Source of the DNA: Macrostomum hystrix
Taxonomy: Eukaryota; Animalia; Platyhelminthes
Direction: 5' to 3'
Assembly (NCBI GenBank): GCA_950097015.1
Contig: CATNEN010000038.1
Span: 13,392,001-13,456,000, forward strand
Length of the DNA stretch: 64,000 nt
Shown here: piece after piece, positions 38,443 through 51,520 of the stretch
Layout of the letters: every line of letters starts with the position of its first letter
How positions within the stretch are numbered: the first letter of the stretch is position 1
Notes under the pieces: model-generated
The model's database searches: none
The model's input: only the letters and a program-made list of their open reading frames with translations
What the model was told of the DNA's origin: nothing
Program-made: the position numbers and the translations under genes

Positions 38443-41400
38443 ATGGAACATCAGGACTATTGGAGTGATGTTAATGTGGTTGGAGATTGTTATATCAGGT
38501 AAGTCTTCTTTACTAACTGCATTAAAAGTGTTAAAATTAAACTATATTTTTATCCATTTTTAAACATCTAGGAAACATACTATAGGCCCTATTCCCATTG
38601 CAACCCCAAAAATAAATGTGAGAATAAAAGGCTCGGCTTTTAAGGTTCACCCAGCCCGCACCAGCAGTCAGCAGGTTTCTTGGGTCAAGAATCAGTGAAC
38701 CTGAAATCAGCAATTTAAATACTATCGTGTTCAGATAGGGCAAGCCAGAATTATTCTGTTGCAGTCGGCAGTGATGCAATTAAGCTGGTACTGTTGGTGG
38801 AGCCACCTGTTAATCCGATGCGTGATGAGCGATCTAGGAGGTTTGGGTAGCCTTAACAGACCGTGGCCACCACCGGACAGTATCATAAAGCGATGCACCG
38901 ATACAAAAGATGCAATACATCAGTATTGTGCATAATCATACATCCCTGCCTGGATGTTTTTTTCCTTCAGGAAGGACAATGTGTACACCATGAAGTTCAC
39001 TAGACACCTGCCAAATCTAAACTGCCACTTGACAGCCGTTGCTCAGTATGGCGGACCACTAGCTGTATTTCGACGCAACAATGTCAACGAGGAGTCACGA
39101 GTGGAAATTTTCAACTCAGTTGGGCTGCTTATTACTGAGTTTAAGGTTGTTCATCAAACTTTCTTACCATTTTCAATTGCAAAGTACAAATATGAAGCTA
39201 ATAGAGCTCTTATAACTGCCGTTGCCCCTCAGTGGACCAGTGGAAACCTCATGGCCATGTCCTGGACCAGCACAGAGTCTCTGCTGTGCGTCCAAACCGA
39301 CGGCTCTTTACTCAGCTATCAGCTTCTGGGCGGCTCACCGCAAATTCACAAATTCTACATCGATGCCAAAACTGGCGAACAGGTGGCTTCCGCCAGATTC
39401 TACGAATCTCAATTTGGCACTGGCGTTGCCATAGCAACTAGCAATGGGCGCTTCTTTTTTCTTAACGGCCTAGAAAAGTTCAGTCCGAAGCCTTTAGTTG
39501 TGCAAAGGAGTGAGTAACACAACTGTATTGCTATATTTCAAACTACGAGTACAGTCTCGTATATGATGCCTAAATATGTCTTGTTCAATTGTATTTAATA
39601 TCTGCAGTTTCGTCTTGTATGAGTTGTTTATAATTAAAAGTCTTAACATCTATAGGATATCCAACACTTTGTTTGAGTATCAGTAAAAATCTCTGATCAG
39701 TTGGTCTGTTTAAATATCTGCCTGCAGGTTTGTCAGCTATCTGCAGATTAAAAAAACACTTTTTCTGCTAAAATTTGACTAAAAATTCGCTGGAATCCGC
39801 GCCTGTGAAGAGCGTTTCGATAAGGGCGAACACGGTTCTGGGCTGGGTCCGCAGGTCCAGCCAGCGTATCAAGGCCTGGGGCAACAACGTGTGGAGGACC
39901 ATCTGGCAGAGGGGTGGTTTAATTTGTCAAGCGCCTTTTGAAGGTTGATGGCAACAAGCAGGCTGCATTGAAATGGCTTGGCCAAGTTTAAGCAATCACA
40001 AAGGAATTTGATGGGGACAAGAAGAGCAGTGCTGGTAGATCTACAATGGGGAGGGCCATGCTGCTTGTCGGGATGTAAGGATGTTTTCAAGCAGCTTTGA
40101 CTCCCGGGAATGGCTGGAGATAGGACGCCCCCAAGCGTGAAAAGGATACTTTCCAGCTTTCGGTAGCGATGCGATTTTTGCAGAGGTCTGCGCGGACGGG
40201 AAAACACTGTTGCTAAGGCAGAAGTTAAAAAGGCTGCACAGGAAAACGATGCCTTTGGGTCCAAGATGGAGCTGACGACTTGATCTGGGGCGAGTTGCGG
40301 CTCTGGTGTCGGATTTACCGGTCAGATTTGTTGCCGGTGTCTTTTTCGAGGAAGGTGGTGACTTTGCTCTCAAAGTCAAACCCAGTGGTAGGCTGCCGAT
40401 CGGATTTACCCTGCCGGTGACTTAATAGTGCGCCAGAGTTCAGTGCTGTTCTGGCGGATGTTATGGTTGAATTTTTTTTAAATCAGGTGTCCCGTTGGAT
40501 GCCCTTAATCAGTTCATCAATTTGGGTCTGAAGTAGAGGAATACGACGAAAAGATGAGTCAGAAGTTAAAAGATTCATTTAAGGTAGTGATGCAACATTA
40601 CTTGGCTGTGTATCTTAATAGTGTAGATTTTAGATTGCTGCTAGTATATTTGATAAGAATATATTTTTTTACAAACGCATGTTCTAATAATACTACTTGT
40701 AAGTACCGTATTATGCATTTTAAATAATTGACTTTTTCAAATTTCTCAGATTAAAAAAAATATTTTTTTCGTTTTTTGTTAAAGCAAGTATTCTTTAATA
40801 AAAAACAGTACCTAAAAGAAAAATGTTCACATTTTCCATGGGGTATAATTTCTGGATTTAGGGGACTCGTCTCATAAGAAGCCATGTCGATAGCTACGTT
40901 AATTAAACGGCTATTTTTAAATCACCTTTATTCTGTGGCCACCGTAAATCTGCTCACTTTGTTACCTTATGGATTCCATCTTTCTCTCAACTATGACCTG
41001 CTCTCAAATCTCAACTATGACCTGCTCTCAAATCTCAACTATGACCTGCTCTCAAATCTCAACTATGACCTGCTCTCAAATCTCAACTATGACCTGCTCT
41101 CAAATCTCAACTATGACCTGCTCTCAAATCTCAACTATGACCTGCCCTCAAATTTCAACTATGACCTGCCCTCAAATTTCAACTATGACCTGCTCTCAAA
41201 TCTCAACTATGACCTGCTCTCAAATCTCAACTATGACCTGCTCTCAAATCTCAACTATGACCTGCTCTCAAATCTCAACTATGACCTGCTCTTAACTATA
41301 ACCTGCTCCCAACCATGTCCTCTCTTGCTTCCAACCATACCCTGTCTTTCTCTCAACAATGCCGTGTCGATCACATGTACCCTTTCTTCTTGTTAACCGC

Positions 41401-44400
41401 TTTCCTATGACTTATATTCTTTGAACTTTATCTTTCTAAATCACTTGTCATGTCCTATTCTCACTTTCTCACTATGTATTCTTTGACACCATTTTCCGTT
41501 CTTACACTAATGTACATCTTGCACAAATGGCATTTAGTTGTCTCACTGCTACCTCCACTGCTGGTCTTTGCTTCCTCACATGATGGTCGTCAGAGTTTAT
41601 ATGTCTCGAATAGCTGCTGCATTTTCGCCCTTGCTACCTCCAGACACGGTGGCGCTCGTAGCAGCTGCTTTCTGGCAGCCAGGCTTCCAGCTAGTCCTCT
41701 TGTAGGTGCGGTAGCTCCGACAGCACATTGACAACCAGAGCAGCAGCATAACAGCGGCTATGCAGCACATGACGAGGCTAAACACCACCTGTGAGGTGTC
41801 GTGAGACAGACTGAGCATGCCTCCGGCCAGGCACACAGCCACAACCATCAGCATAGAGTGGGCTGTAATAATCTTGCCTGGTGCTGTGCAGCAGTAGCTT
41901 CCTCCGCTACTGCCGCAGTCGTCCTTAGACACTGAGGCACTCTTGATATTGTTGACCTCTGTTAGCGGGGACATTGACGATAAAGAGCACTGAGACATTA
42001 CAGCAACACTTAAAGGATGCTTTTCTGTTGCCAAGAGGCCGACTGCTTTTTCAGTTAGTTTTGGATCGCCAAATGTTTGTCCAGTACCCAGGCTTGTTTC
42101 TGTTAGATTCTTTCAAGACTGACTCCTGTCTCTGTCCCTATCCGCCACAGCTAAATAAGTCAGCTCTGAGAGGAATCCTCACTGTAAAAATCCATATTTT
42201 CTCGATCCCACTTAACAGCAAATGCTTTATAGTTTGGCTATCGATCTCTTTTCAAAATAGTCATTCTAGCCGCTTGTTGGTTAGTAGCTAGACTGAAGTC
42301 CATAAGTTCAGAAGCACTCGGGTCTTATTGTTTGAGCATTCTCGAAGCGAAAAATATTAATTTAGTCTCTTAGTCGTTCAGTCATTCGTTCATTAATTCA
42401 ATGCTTGTTTTAAAAGCAATATCGTAAGCTATTGACTTGACGTTCCTTCCACTAAGGATTATTCTTAACTAATTAATTTTAGGCTAAAGGAAAGCTAGAA
42501 CTCTGCATTAAAAGAAATTGTATTTTGTAAGGTAAATATATGAGCAATTGTGTATATTTTATTCAGTAAGCTCTAGCAGACCGGTGCAAGATTTCGATTC
42601 TCATAAGGATATGGCATGTACTTCCAAAGTATGAAAATTTAGTGCATCTGTCTTGCTTGACTTTCAGCGCAGTGAATCTTTAGATATAAATAAGTGGGTC
42701 ACGAGCCTTATCAAACAAAACAACTTATTCGGTAAATATTTTTACTGAGTAAGACTTAAATACATCTGAAAAAAAGACATTAAAAATTTACAAGTGAAGG
42801 CCAGTACTTTTAGAAAGCACGCTTTTTCTAGTTCTCACGGCAGCCGTTAATTACGCTTTGGGTACGATGAAAAATCCAGCTCCCTATAACGACCAGCTGA
42901 CTGATCTTCTCGTTCATTAGAAATGGATCCCAGCTTGTTGTCTCCCTCTGCAGCAAAGCAAACATGCTCGGATCCACCATCTCCTGAATGCTGGCGCTGG
43001 CTGCGGCTGTACTCTCTCCAGCCAGGACGGCAGTATCCTTGTAAATCTCGCTCATTGTGGCAAACAGTGCATTCAACTTGGCGTCCATGTTGGCCACGTG
43101 CCAGCCCATCATCTCACTGTTATTAGCACCAATCGGATAGCCCATAGTTGTAGACATGTTGCGCATTGGTAGTGACTTTGTAGGTTTGGCACTAGAGGGA
43201 AAGCCGCAGCTATTCTGGTTCTGCTTAAGATGGTCGGGCTGGCTTTCTTTCAGATAAATGTGGGGTGAACTGTGGTGCTGCTGTGGCTCCTGTTGCACGT
43301 GCAGCTTGTCTGGCCCCTGGGTTTGGCGCGATCTGTGCGGCTTTTGCGGTGGTGGCTTCTGCAACTGTTGTTGCTTCTGCTGCCCGTATTTAAAGGGATG
43401 CTGACGAAGTTCCTCGTATTGCTGCCTAGGCTGCTTCTTATGATTACCATATTCATAGCTGTATTTTTTCGGGTCTCGGACTGATTTGTGGTGACTTCGC
43501 ACATTGTCCATGTTGTTAAAGTCCTGCATTTATTAGAAAACAGAGTGTGATATTTGATCGCTACGCAGTTGTTTGATGAAATATAGATTTAAATCTTAAC
43601 TGATCATAGTTTTTCTGCCCGCAAATGATTTGCTTTTTGATATATATTATCATCGTCTGTATCTTTGTCGAAGCACGTTTAGGAACATAAACTAATTATA
43701 TTTACATAAAAATAAAGGACCCACGCTTTTCTATCGTTCGCGTAACAGCGAGTCAAGCCCCTCTGTTCGCACACAGCCGTAGTTAATCAGTGTTCTCTTT
43801 CTCTTTTGTTGATTTTATTACGTCAGTCTTATATTTGATTATAAGACAACCATTATTGCACAAAACGCCTATCCGCTGAAAACTAGTTCTTACGATGAAA
43901 TAAGGATACACGTCCCCGCTAACATCGCCCAATTCGGCTTTTATTATTAGAATCAAATTAGGTTTTCTGTGTAAATGACTGGTTGTTCGTCTCTGGTTTT
44001 TAGCACACAAGAACGGGAAAGTCCTTGTTCGTTAGCCACACAAGCCACTTTCAAAGGGCTTTACTGGCATCAAATGTCTTTGGATCAGTTGGTGGACTGC
44101 TGCTACGGCTTAGGCTTGCCTGGTTATGAATCATCTGCAAGTATGAAGCGTCCCTTGCTCTGCACTGGCCGGCCAATTCCCAAAAGTTGTTCACCAAGTT
44201 CCTCTAGGATGCTACAGGGGAGAGAGAGAGTCAAGGGCGTTAAAGCTACACAGGGAAAGGGAAAATTACGCCTCTTGGATGTAGAAAATCGATTCTGTTG
44301 CCTAGTCTGTTCGTCCTGCTGTTTGAACGTGCGCTCTTTGCCTTCCTAACCCGCTCCCTTTCTTCTCTCTCATGAACTTCTTGGTCCGGTTTCGCGTTGA

Positions 44401-47400
44401 TAAAAGGTTTCCTCCCAACTTTTCGGGCATTCATTTATGCAAGGAATCATTTTGAATGCGCAAAGCCAGATCCAGCCCAATTTCGAAAAAATGTCCACTG
44501 CGCTAATCCTTAGCCTGTTTGTTCTGATTAACTCGGTTGCTGGCGCTCCTGACAACTCCTTGTATGATGGTGTGAAGGCTCAGATTGTGGAGATTCAACA
44601 GCGCTGCGGCAACCAGCCCGTCTGCATCAACAAAGACGTGGAGCTGACCCAGTCAGAGGCGGAGATCAAGAGCATTCTCGAAGATACCATCCGCAAGCGG
44701 GAGACCCTTCGCACTAGCCGCATCAATAGCGTATGTTTTGCCGTGGTCATTGAAAACAAGATGAAGGGCCTATTCAGCATGGAAAATAGTCGCCAGAAGA
44801 TGATGGTCGCCGCTTACATCACCTACAATCTGTTCGAGCGCATGCCGTTCGTTCGACCTACGTCTAATGGTTACTGTGCCAATCGCATAGCGATCTTCTA
44901 CTCGAGGCAGGACTCAACCCTGTACACCTTCGCCACTAGTGGCCTAATGGACCACGCGGAAATCCGTACGGCCTCTGCGGCTGCTCGGCCCTACTTCAGC
45001 AACAGCATTTTGGAAGGCATGCGCTTCCTTATATCCGCTTATATTGACACCGTGGTCAAGGCATCCAGCTAAGAATTTGATGCACTGAAACGTGCCGAGT
45101 GTGACTTTGTAACGCTGTCGACAATTTGCACACCGACCGGCGTTTGCTTGTTCGGCTGAAGCTTCTTCATCGCCTTGCTTTGTTAATTTTTTCGTACTGC
45201 TGTTTTTGTACACGCGCTAAAATATTTCTGAGTATGAAATATATTAAAAAAATCAACGCTCGGATACCTGAGCTGCTGCTAAGCGATACTATTGAGTGGC
45301 CTCTTAATGTGTCTTTATTTGAAAACGCGAAATAAATGTATAAGCACGCACCAATCAACTCTTGTCATTGCGATAAGACTGGCTATATTTTCTTACAAGC
45401 GATATTAACTGTGAGCTATATTAACTATGAACTTTATGAACTATCTTTATAAACGTTAATGCAATACGCCAGTAGAAAATCAATTTTAAAAGTCTTCCTA
45501 TCACCAAACCAGATTTGGACTTACCGCCCGCTGATTGGTGCGTGCTGGCGCCTCGGCCAGGCGACCAGTTGGGCCCGGACCAGATTCGCATCCTGGCCCT
45601 GTGCCGCGGTGGTCTCCTACTGTTAGAACAGAACCGAGCGGTCGGCAGCCTACTGCAGGAGCCGCCGCCCACCGAAGCCCTCACGGCTCTGAGCCTCAGC
45701 CTGGATCAGTCCATGCTGGCCCTGTGGAGCGAGCCGCAGCGCCTGCTGACGGTCTACTCGCTAGTTAATGGCGTATCGGCGAACACCGGCCTGCCAGCGC
45801 CTCTCAGTCGGCATAGTTTGTCCGGCTCCGATCCCATCGGTGTTGGCCTCGGCGCTGGTGGTGGCAGCAGCGTCCTTCTTCGCATGGCCTGGTGCGCCAA
45901 CGCCGCCGTGATGCTGGTCTGGTCGGACCAGCGTTGTCTTCTACCTGCAGTCCGCTCCGACCGATTCGCAAACCGGCTCGATGAATTTCACGAGGGCGAC
46001 GCTGACAGCGGCGCGCCCTTGCTGGCACCGGAGTTCGATGGACTCCGCCTGGTGACCGCCGAGAGGCACGACATGCTGCGACCTCTGCCACGCCCAGTTG
46101 AGCAGCTTTTTAACATCGCTTGTGTGTCTCCAGCCACGGTTCTCCTGCTAGCCCATGATACCATCAGTGGGCAGGCACGCACAGAGACCGCCGCCTATGA
46201 GCTTTTTCTCACCATAGAGTCTGACTCTGACAAGCTGGCCGCTGTGCGCTGCTGTCTGGAGGCGGCTAAGTTTATTGCCTGGCCGCCAGATCAAAAGCGG
46301 GTGCTGCGGGCTGCCAGAACTGGCCTGGCCCTGCTGCCCCCACAGAACAGCAGGTAAGCAAAGCTATTGAATCAAAAGATTCGAAATATGAAATGTATCC
46401 GACCCCAAAGTACAAATATCGTTTCTTGGTGATCTCTGTAATACCCGCTCCAAACCAGGGAGCACCGCACAGACGAGCTGTGCCAACAGCTGCGCCTGCT
46501 GAATAATCTCCGCCTAAATGAGTCCATCGGCTTGCCGCTGACTCACGCCCAGTTTAGCCGCCTGGGCCTTGGCGTCCTGATCGACCGACTGCTGAATCGG
46601 CGCCTTCACCAGTTTGCATTCAGGGCCTGCGAGCTGCTCAGACTGTCAGAGGCTGATGGCCAGGCGCGTGTCATGATGCACTGGGCTGAGTGTCAGATCG
46701 ATGCCCTACCACTTCTGACTGGCGCTGCTACGGCTGGCGGCGGTGTTGGTCGCGAGGACGCTCAGGCGAGCGAGACGCTGGCGGCCGACATCGTGAAGTT
46801 TGTCGGCCAGCGTGCAGGCGTCAACTATGCCCGGCTGGCCGGCAAGGCCGCCCGGTTGAACCGGCTTTTTCTGGCCAGGCGCCTTCTAGACTTTGAGACC
46901 AGATCGCAGGACCAGGTTGAACAGCTGCTGGCTTTAGGTAGTCACGGCAAGGCCTTGGAGAAGGCAGTGCAGTCGGGCGATACGGACCTCATTCAACAGG
47001 TAAGCTGATTGTAGTGAGTGGCTTGCTCTGATTTATTTTTCTGGTAGGTTATGTGAACTTTTAGGCTTTTTTGATCTGGCGTTAAGGACCCTCAAGTCTC
47101 GCTGAGGTGTCGAATGCTTCATTAAGACCCTTGAATATTTTCGCGATCTTCTCGTCCAATCTGTCGGCCAGGTGCTGCTGAAGTTGCACAACATGCGCTC
47201 CGAGCTGGACCTGACAGGCATCCTGCGCAGGCAGCCGGTTGCCATGGCCCTCTATCAGCAGGCCTACTGCGCCAGCGACCCGGCTGCCATGCTGGACCAG
47301 GAGGATCGGCGGGCCGACCTGGCTGTGCTGGAGCTGCGTCGGGCCTTCGACGCCGCCGAGGCAGCCAAACGTCAGGAGCTGCTGGCGTCGGCTGCCTCCA

Positions 47401-48608
47401 GATTCACGGAGGCTGGCATGCCTGCGCTAGCGAAGGAGTGCCAACTGGCCTGCCAGCTGCTTGAGCGCCAAAGAAAGCTAGAGCGAGATCTCAGCGCGCA
47501 TCAGTTTTCCGGCCTGTCGCTTCACGCCACGCTGACCAGGTTGCTTGGCAACGGAAGCGAGAAACTAGCCGAGACGCTCAGACGCGAGTTTGAAGTGCCC
47601 GATAAGCGCTGGTGGCAGCTACAGGTAATTTGAATGGATTTTTGTGCCAATTACTTACACAAGACTGTTATCTGAAATTTGAAAGGACAGATCATTTCTT
47701 ATTAACCGCTTAATTACGAGTATTCGTATTTCTGAGCAGTGATGAACTTCTTCTCTAATAGTATAGTAGTATAATCTGTAATATAATAGTAATATAATCT
47801 GAACCAGGTAGAGGTTGTAGCCTAGTGGTTAGGGCGTCGGACTCACGACTTGAAGGTCGGGGGTTCGATTCCTGACTCCCCTGAACAATTTGTGTCCTTT
47901 AGCAAGACACTTAACTCTGCATTGCTTCAGTTTACCCAGCTGTTAAATGGGTACCAGCATCAGCTGGGATAATTGAAGGTGGGTGTGGCGTCCCCCCAGT
48001 CCATGGACTGAACAGCTGTACGCAGCCTTCAGATGCGCCGCGCATTAGCTGCGGCTGTGCTGTCGGCTGCACATCTGACCCAATTGGGGCAGGTGTAATC
48101 AATTATTATTATAAATTATTATTATTATTATAGTAATAATAGTAGTATTAGTATAGTAATAATAGTAACCTTATGCTTTGAGTTGCGTTTAAGTGTTTCG
48201 TGACTCCAATTTGGCTTGGCTAAACACTCCTAGGTAACAGCTCTGGCCAAATCCGGCCACTTTGTTGAGCTTCGCCGCCTAGCCGAACGCAAATCGCCGA
48301 TCGGCTACGCTCCGTTTGTTCTGGCCTGTCTGGATGCCGGCAACGAGGCCGAGGCCGCGGCCCTATTGCCCAAGGTCGAGCGGGAGCAGCGCTTCCGCTG
48401 TCTTTGCCGCCTGCGACGCTACACCGACGCTATCGACCTGGCCAGCAGCCTCAAAGCGGACGCGCCCTATCACCTGGAATACCTGCGCCGGCAGCTGGCC
48501 AGAGAGGAGGCTAGGCAACCAGGTCAAGCCGGCGTGCGGGAGGCCGCCCAGAGGTTGCGATCTCTGCACCAGACGATGGCAGTTGGTGGAGGTGGCGGCG
48601 GCGTTTGA
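38443..48608 (+). CDS. VPS16: Vacuolar protein sorting 16 (HOPS/CORVET subunit)
   Basis: Phase-compatible exons 38443-38498, 38971-39145, 39233-39509, 45513-46353, 46459-46999, 47172-47624 and 48234-48608. Motifs AQYGGPLA, LRLLNNLR...IGLPLT, KAVQSGDTDLI, FEVPDKRWW and KSPIGYAPFV. Confidence 0.95.
40985..41292. repeat. 24-bp minisatellite (CTCAACTATGACCTGCTCTCAAAT)n, about 13 copies
   Basis: Tandem periodicity. Confidence 0.95.
41597..42034 (-). CDS. Putative small two-TM protein nested antisense in the VPS16 intron
   Basis: GC-richer ORF with two hydrophobic segments followed by CC and a basic tail. The start is uncertain; a possible acceptor lies at 42100. Confidence 0.45.
   Translation of the reverse strand: MATEKHPLSVAVMSQCSLSSMSPLTEVNNIKSASVSKDDCGSSGGSYCCTAPGKIITAHSMLMVVAVCLAGGMLSLSHDTSQVVFSLVMCCIAAVMLLLWLSMCCRSYRTYKRTSWKPGCQKAAATSATVSGGSKGENAAAIRDI
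42828..43529 (-). CDS. Uncharacterised Gln/Lys/Pro-rich 233-aa protein nested antisense in the VPS16 intron
   Basis: ATG-initiated 702-bp ORF with coding-like composition and a helical-looking C-terminus. Confidence 0.55.
   Translation of the reverse strand: MQDFNNMDNVRSHHKSVRDPKKYSYEYGNHKKQPRQQYEELRQHPFKYGQQKQQQLQKPPPQKPHRSRQTQGPDKLHVQQEPQQHHSSPHIYLKESQPDHLKQNQNSCGFPSSAKPTKSLPMRNMSTTMGYPIGANNSEMMGWHVANMDAKLNALFATMSEIYKDTAVLAGESTAAASASIQEMVDPSMFALLQRETTSWDPFLMNEKISQLVVIGSWIFHRTQSVINGCREN
44491..45072 (+). CDS. Intronless secreted protein (~193 aa) nested on the sense strand in the VPS16 intron
   Basis: AAAAATG at 44491, signal peptide MSTALILSLFVLINSVAGA, four Cys, strongly C/G-ending codons, AATAAA near 45331. 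Confidence 0.7.
   Translation: MSTALILSLFVLINSVAGAPDNSLYDGVKAQIVEIQQRCGNQPVCINKDVELTQSEAEIKSILEDTIRKRETLRTSRINSVCFAVVIENKMKGLFSMENSRQKMMVAAYITYNLFERMPFVRPTSNGYCANRIAIFYSRQDSTLYTFATSGLMDHAEIRTASAAARPYFSNSILEGMRFLISAYIDTVVKASS
47806..48130 (+). mobile_element. tRNA-derived SINE with CORE-like central domain and (TAT)n tail
   Basis: A box TAGCCTAGTGG, B box GGTTCGATTCC, TGTGTCCTTTAGCAAGACACTTAAC, ACCCAGCTGTTAAATGGGTACC. Two further copies are in the window. Lies in the last VPS16 intron. Confidence 0.85.
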
Positions 48609-49556
48609 TTGCTGTCTTTGACTAGGATATCATGGAAATAATCAATTTAGTCATTGTGTTAGCGGTTTTCAACAAAAAAGGATTATAATTAGTGTGTCCA
48701 AAATGATCATTCAATCATTAATATAGTTAATCTTCCTCTGTGGGCTACTTACAATATAATTGGTTTTATTTGGATTGTTAAACTCTAAAATTAAAAAAAT
48801 AAAAGTTTTTACTAGTATCTGCATCTACCCGTGTAATTTGATATTTATTTGCGCTTTAAATTTGTCGATTTTACACTGAATAGCACCTGATTGACATAGA
48901 AAATAGCACTGATCAGGTTTTCAATTGATGTTACATCAAGTTGAGCATGCTACTTGTGATTTGATCTTCTACTCTATTCTTAATCGGCAGTATTTTTTCA
49001 CCGGCTTGTTGACTCTTGTGTGTACAGAGATTAGCGTGTTTATGTATGTTTAAGTACGAGTAATAAGCACATCATGCACTCATTATAAATATTATTTCGC
49101 TCTATTTACTTAACTAATACTTAGCAATTTGTGAACTGTACATTTTGAACTAATTTGCCTATTTAATTACTATCTTCGTGGCTGTTGGCTCGCTTGTTTG
49201 TGTACGAAGATCAGTTATTTTTATGTTATGATTGTTGTATCTAGCACGAATTTATGTCAACGAATCGAAGTCACAGATGAATAAACAATTATGATTTCTG
49301 CGCCAGTTCTTTTAATACCGTTGTCTTATTACCTTGTCTGATATCTTATTTTAGTAAAATGTAAGAAAACTAATTAGTCAGTAACGTCACTGCTCACAAA
49401 CGTTGATTGGAAGAGATAGATTAATTACTGATTAATAGAAACTTGAAAATTTTATCACGTGAAATTTATACTGCATTTGAAAATCTGTATTTGTACTGAT
49501 TTTACTGGTTCGATTGGCATAGCAATTAATAAAGCACCTCTAACTGACTGCAGAGC

Positions 49557-50454
49557 ATGGGCCTCCTGGACATCAGCTTTCTGTCTGACCTGAAGCGCAT
49601 GAACAAGCGCCAGGTGTTCTATCAGTTTCTGAGCTTTGGTATGATTGTCTCCTCGGCCCTGATGATCTGGAAGGGCCTCATTGTGGCCACTGGTAGCGAG
49701 TCGCCGGTGGTTGTGGTGCTCTCTGGCTCTATGGAGCCCGGCTTCTATCGCGGCGACCTCCTGTTCCTAACCAACAATCTGGATGACCCGATTAGGGCCG
49801 GCGATATTGCTGTGTTCCGCATCAAAGGCCGTGACATACCCATTGTGCATCGGGTGCTTCAGGTAGGTTGTGAGCAGAAAACTCTCGTCAGTAAAATAAG
49901 CATCATGATGTGCTCTGAACGGGCTGGGTGGCTAAGCGGTGCATCCGACGCTAGCGGAGAACACTAATGCGCAATTACGCGTGTATGTACACAAATGTGG
50001 ATTATCTGCCCCATGTGCTTTACGCTATACTTTTGCATAGTAACGGATGCAATGTATACCTGTGTGTTTGTGCCAAGGTGTAAGCGGAATAGGCATGCAA
50101 AATTTTCTCCTTGCTGGCTGCAGCTCAGCTCCTACAACTATTTAAAATGTGATCTAAGCTTGCTCTTTTATTCTCAACCATGCCCATCCCAACACCGCCT
50201 CCCTCCGCCAGGTACACGAGCGCGACGATGGCTACGTGAAATTCCTCACTAAAGGTGACAACAATGCCATAGACGATCGCGGCCTATACGCCCCAGGCCA
50301 GATGTGGCTGGAGAAGGGCGACGTGATTGGCCGAGCCAAAGGCTTCGTGCCCTACATCGGCATGGTGACTATTATCATGAATGATTATCCGAAGTTCAAG
50401 TATGCCGTACTCGGGCTACTAGGAATCTTTGTGCTACTTAACCGGGAGGCCTGA
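49557..50454 (+). CDS. SEC11: Signal peptidase complex catalytic subunit SEC11, 182 aa
   Basis: Exons 49557-49862 and 50212-50454 (phase 0). Motifs [21 protein letters not shown] and FLTKGDNN. Confidence 0.97.
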
Positions 50455-51297
50455 ATGTTCGTCAGTTCGAATTTCTGCTGTTTTTGCGAGCCTTGAGGAC
50501 AGTTGGAAGTGTAGCTGTTACAAGCAGAAGTATAAAAGCCTTTGAGACTGCTCAGATCCTAGACTGGCATTCAACGGCTCGCCTGTTGCTCTTTTCTCTA
50601 GCTTTCGCGTTATTGCTTCTATCGCTCCTTCTTTCCGCCTTCATTGCTGTTGCTGTTCGTATTTCTGTGTCCGTTGTATGGCAGGTCTCGACTAAGTCAG
50701 TTCCGCCCGTTTCGCATTCGGTTTCTTAAATAGCTTCTATTGTGCTTGCCTCAGTTTAATTCGTATTAGCAGCACTGGGTATCGAACTCTTGTTTGTGTC
50801 GATTTATCCTGTGCAAGTGAACTCCAGGTGACGGTTTAACTGAGCTACTAAATGTCTATCTCATTCAGTAGCTCCAGTTTCAATCAATATTCTGATTGGC
50901 TTAAAATGGTCAATTGTCCTCTAGCAATAATGCAAGCGCGAATTTACCATTTTTAATTGAGGTGATTGGCTAGGCATTACAAATAGCGCTTGTTTAATTG
51001 ATGTTTTCTTGTCCTGTTCGTGGTACTAAATTTTGTTGTATGCTATTAAGATTGCCTATATCAATTAAAATGTTATTCGGCTTGACAGCTGTGGCTACTA
51101 AAGTGGCTGTTGGCTGATGATGCCAGCAGCCAACTGGACTGCCAGCCCAACTGCCATTTTGTGCAGGCTCTGCAAAGACTTGTCCGATTCAATTCATTGG
51201 ATTTGCGCAATCTTCCCTAGCCTAGCCTGGTGCCCTAGGAATATTAGAACTAGAAGCATCATAAACTACCAACTATGAGTATATATGTATATTGAAA

Positions 51298-51520
51298 GCC
51301 ACCCACGGTAGTATCCAATCCCAGCCACCCTCCGTAGCATCCAATCCTAGCTACCCTCCGTAGCATCCAATCCCAGCCACCCTCGGTAGCATCCAATCCC
51401 AGCCACCCTCCGTAGCATCCAATCCTAGCTACCCTCCGTAGCATCCAATCGCAGCCACCCTCCGTAGCATCCAATCCCAGCTACCCTCCGTAGCTTCCAA
51501 TCCCAGCCACCCTCCGTAGC
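51298..51520. repeat. 26-bp minisatellite (CCACCCTCCGTAGCATCCAATCCCAG)n
   Basis: Tandem periodicity, about 8 copies. Confidence 0.92.

Noticed and set aside
39800-40560. Possible gene or retroelement ORF in the VPS16 intron
   Set aside because: Only short interrupted frames with no recognisable motif; possibly decayed mobile DNA, but this cannot be supported.
40884-41396. LRR-like repeat protein (NYDLLSNL)n
   Set aside because: Translation of a 24-bp minisatellite that is open in several frames.
47806-47882. tRNA gene
   Set aside because: It has A and B boxes but no good acceptor stem, and it continues into a SINE body found three times in the window.
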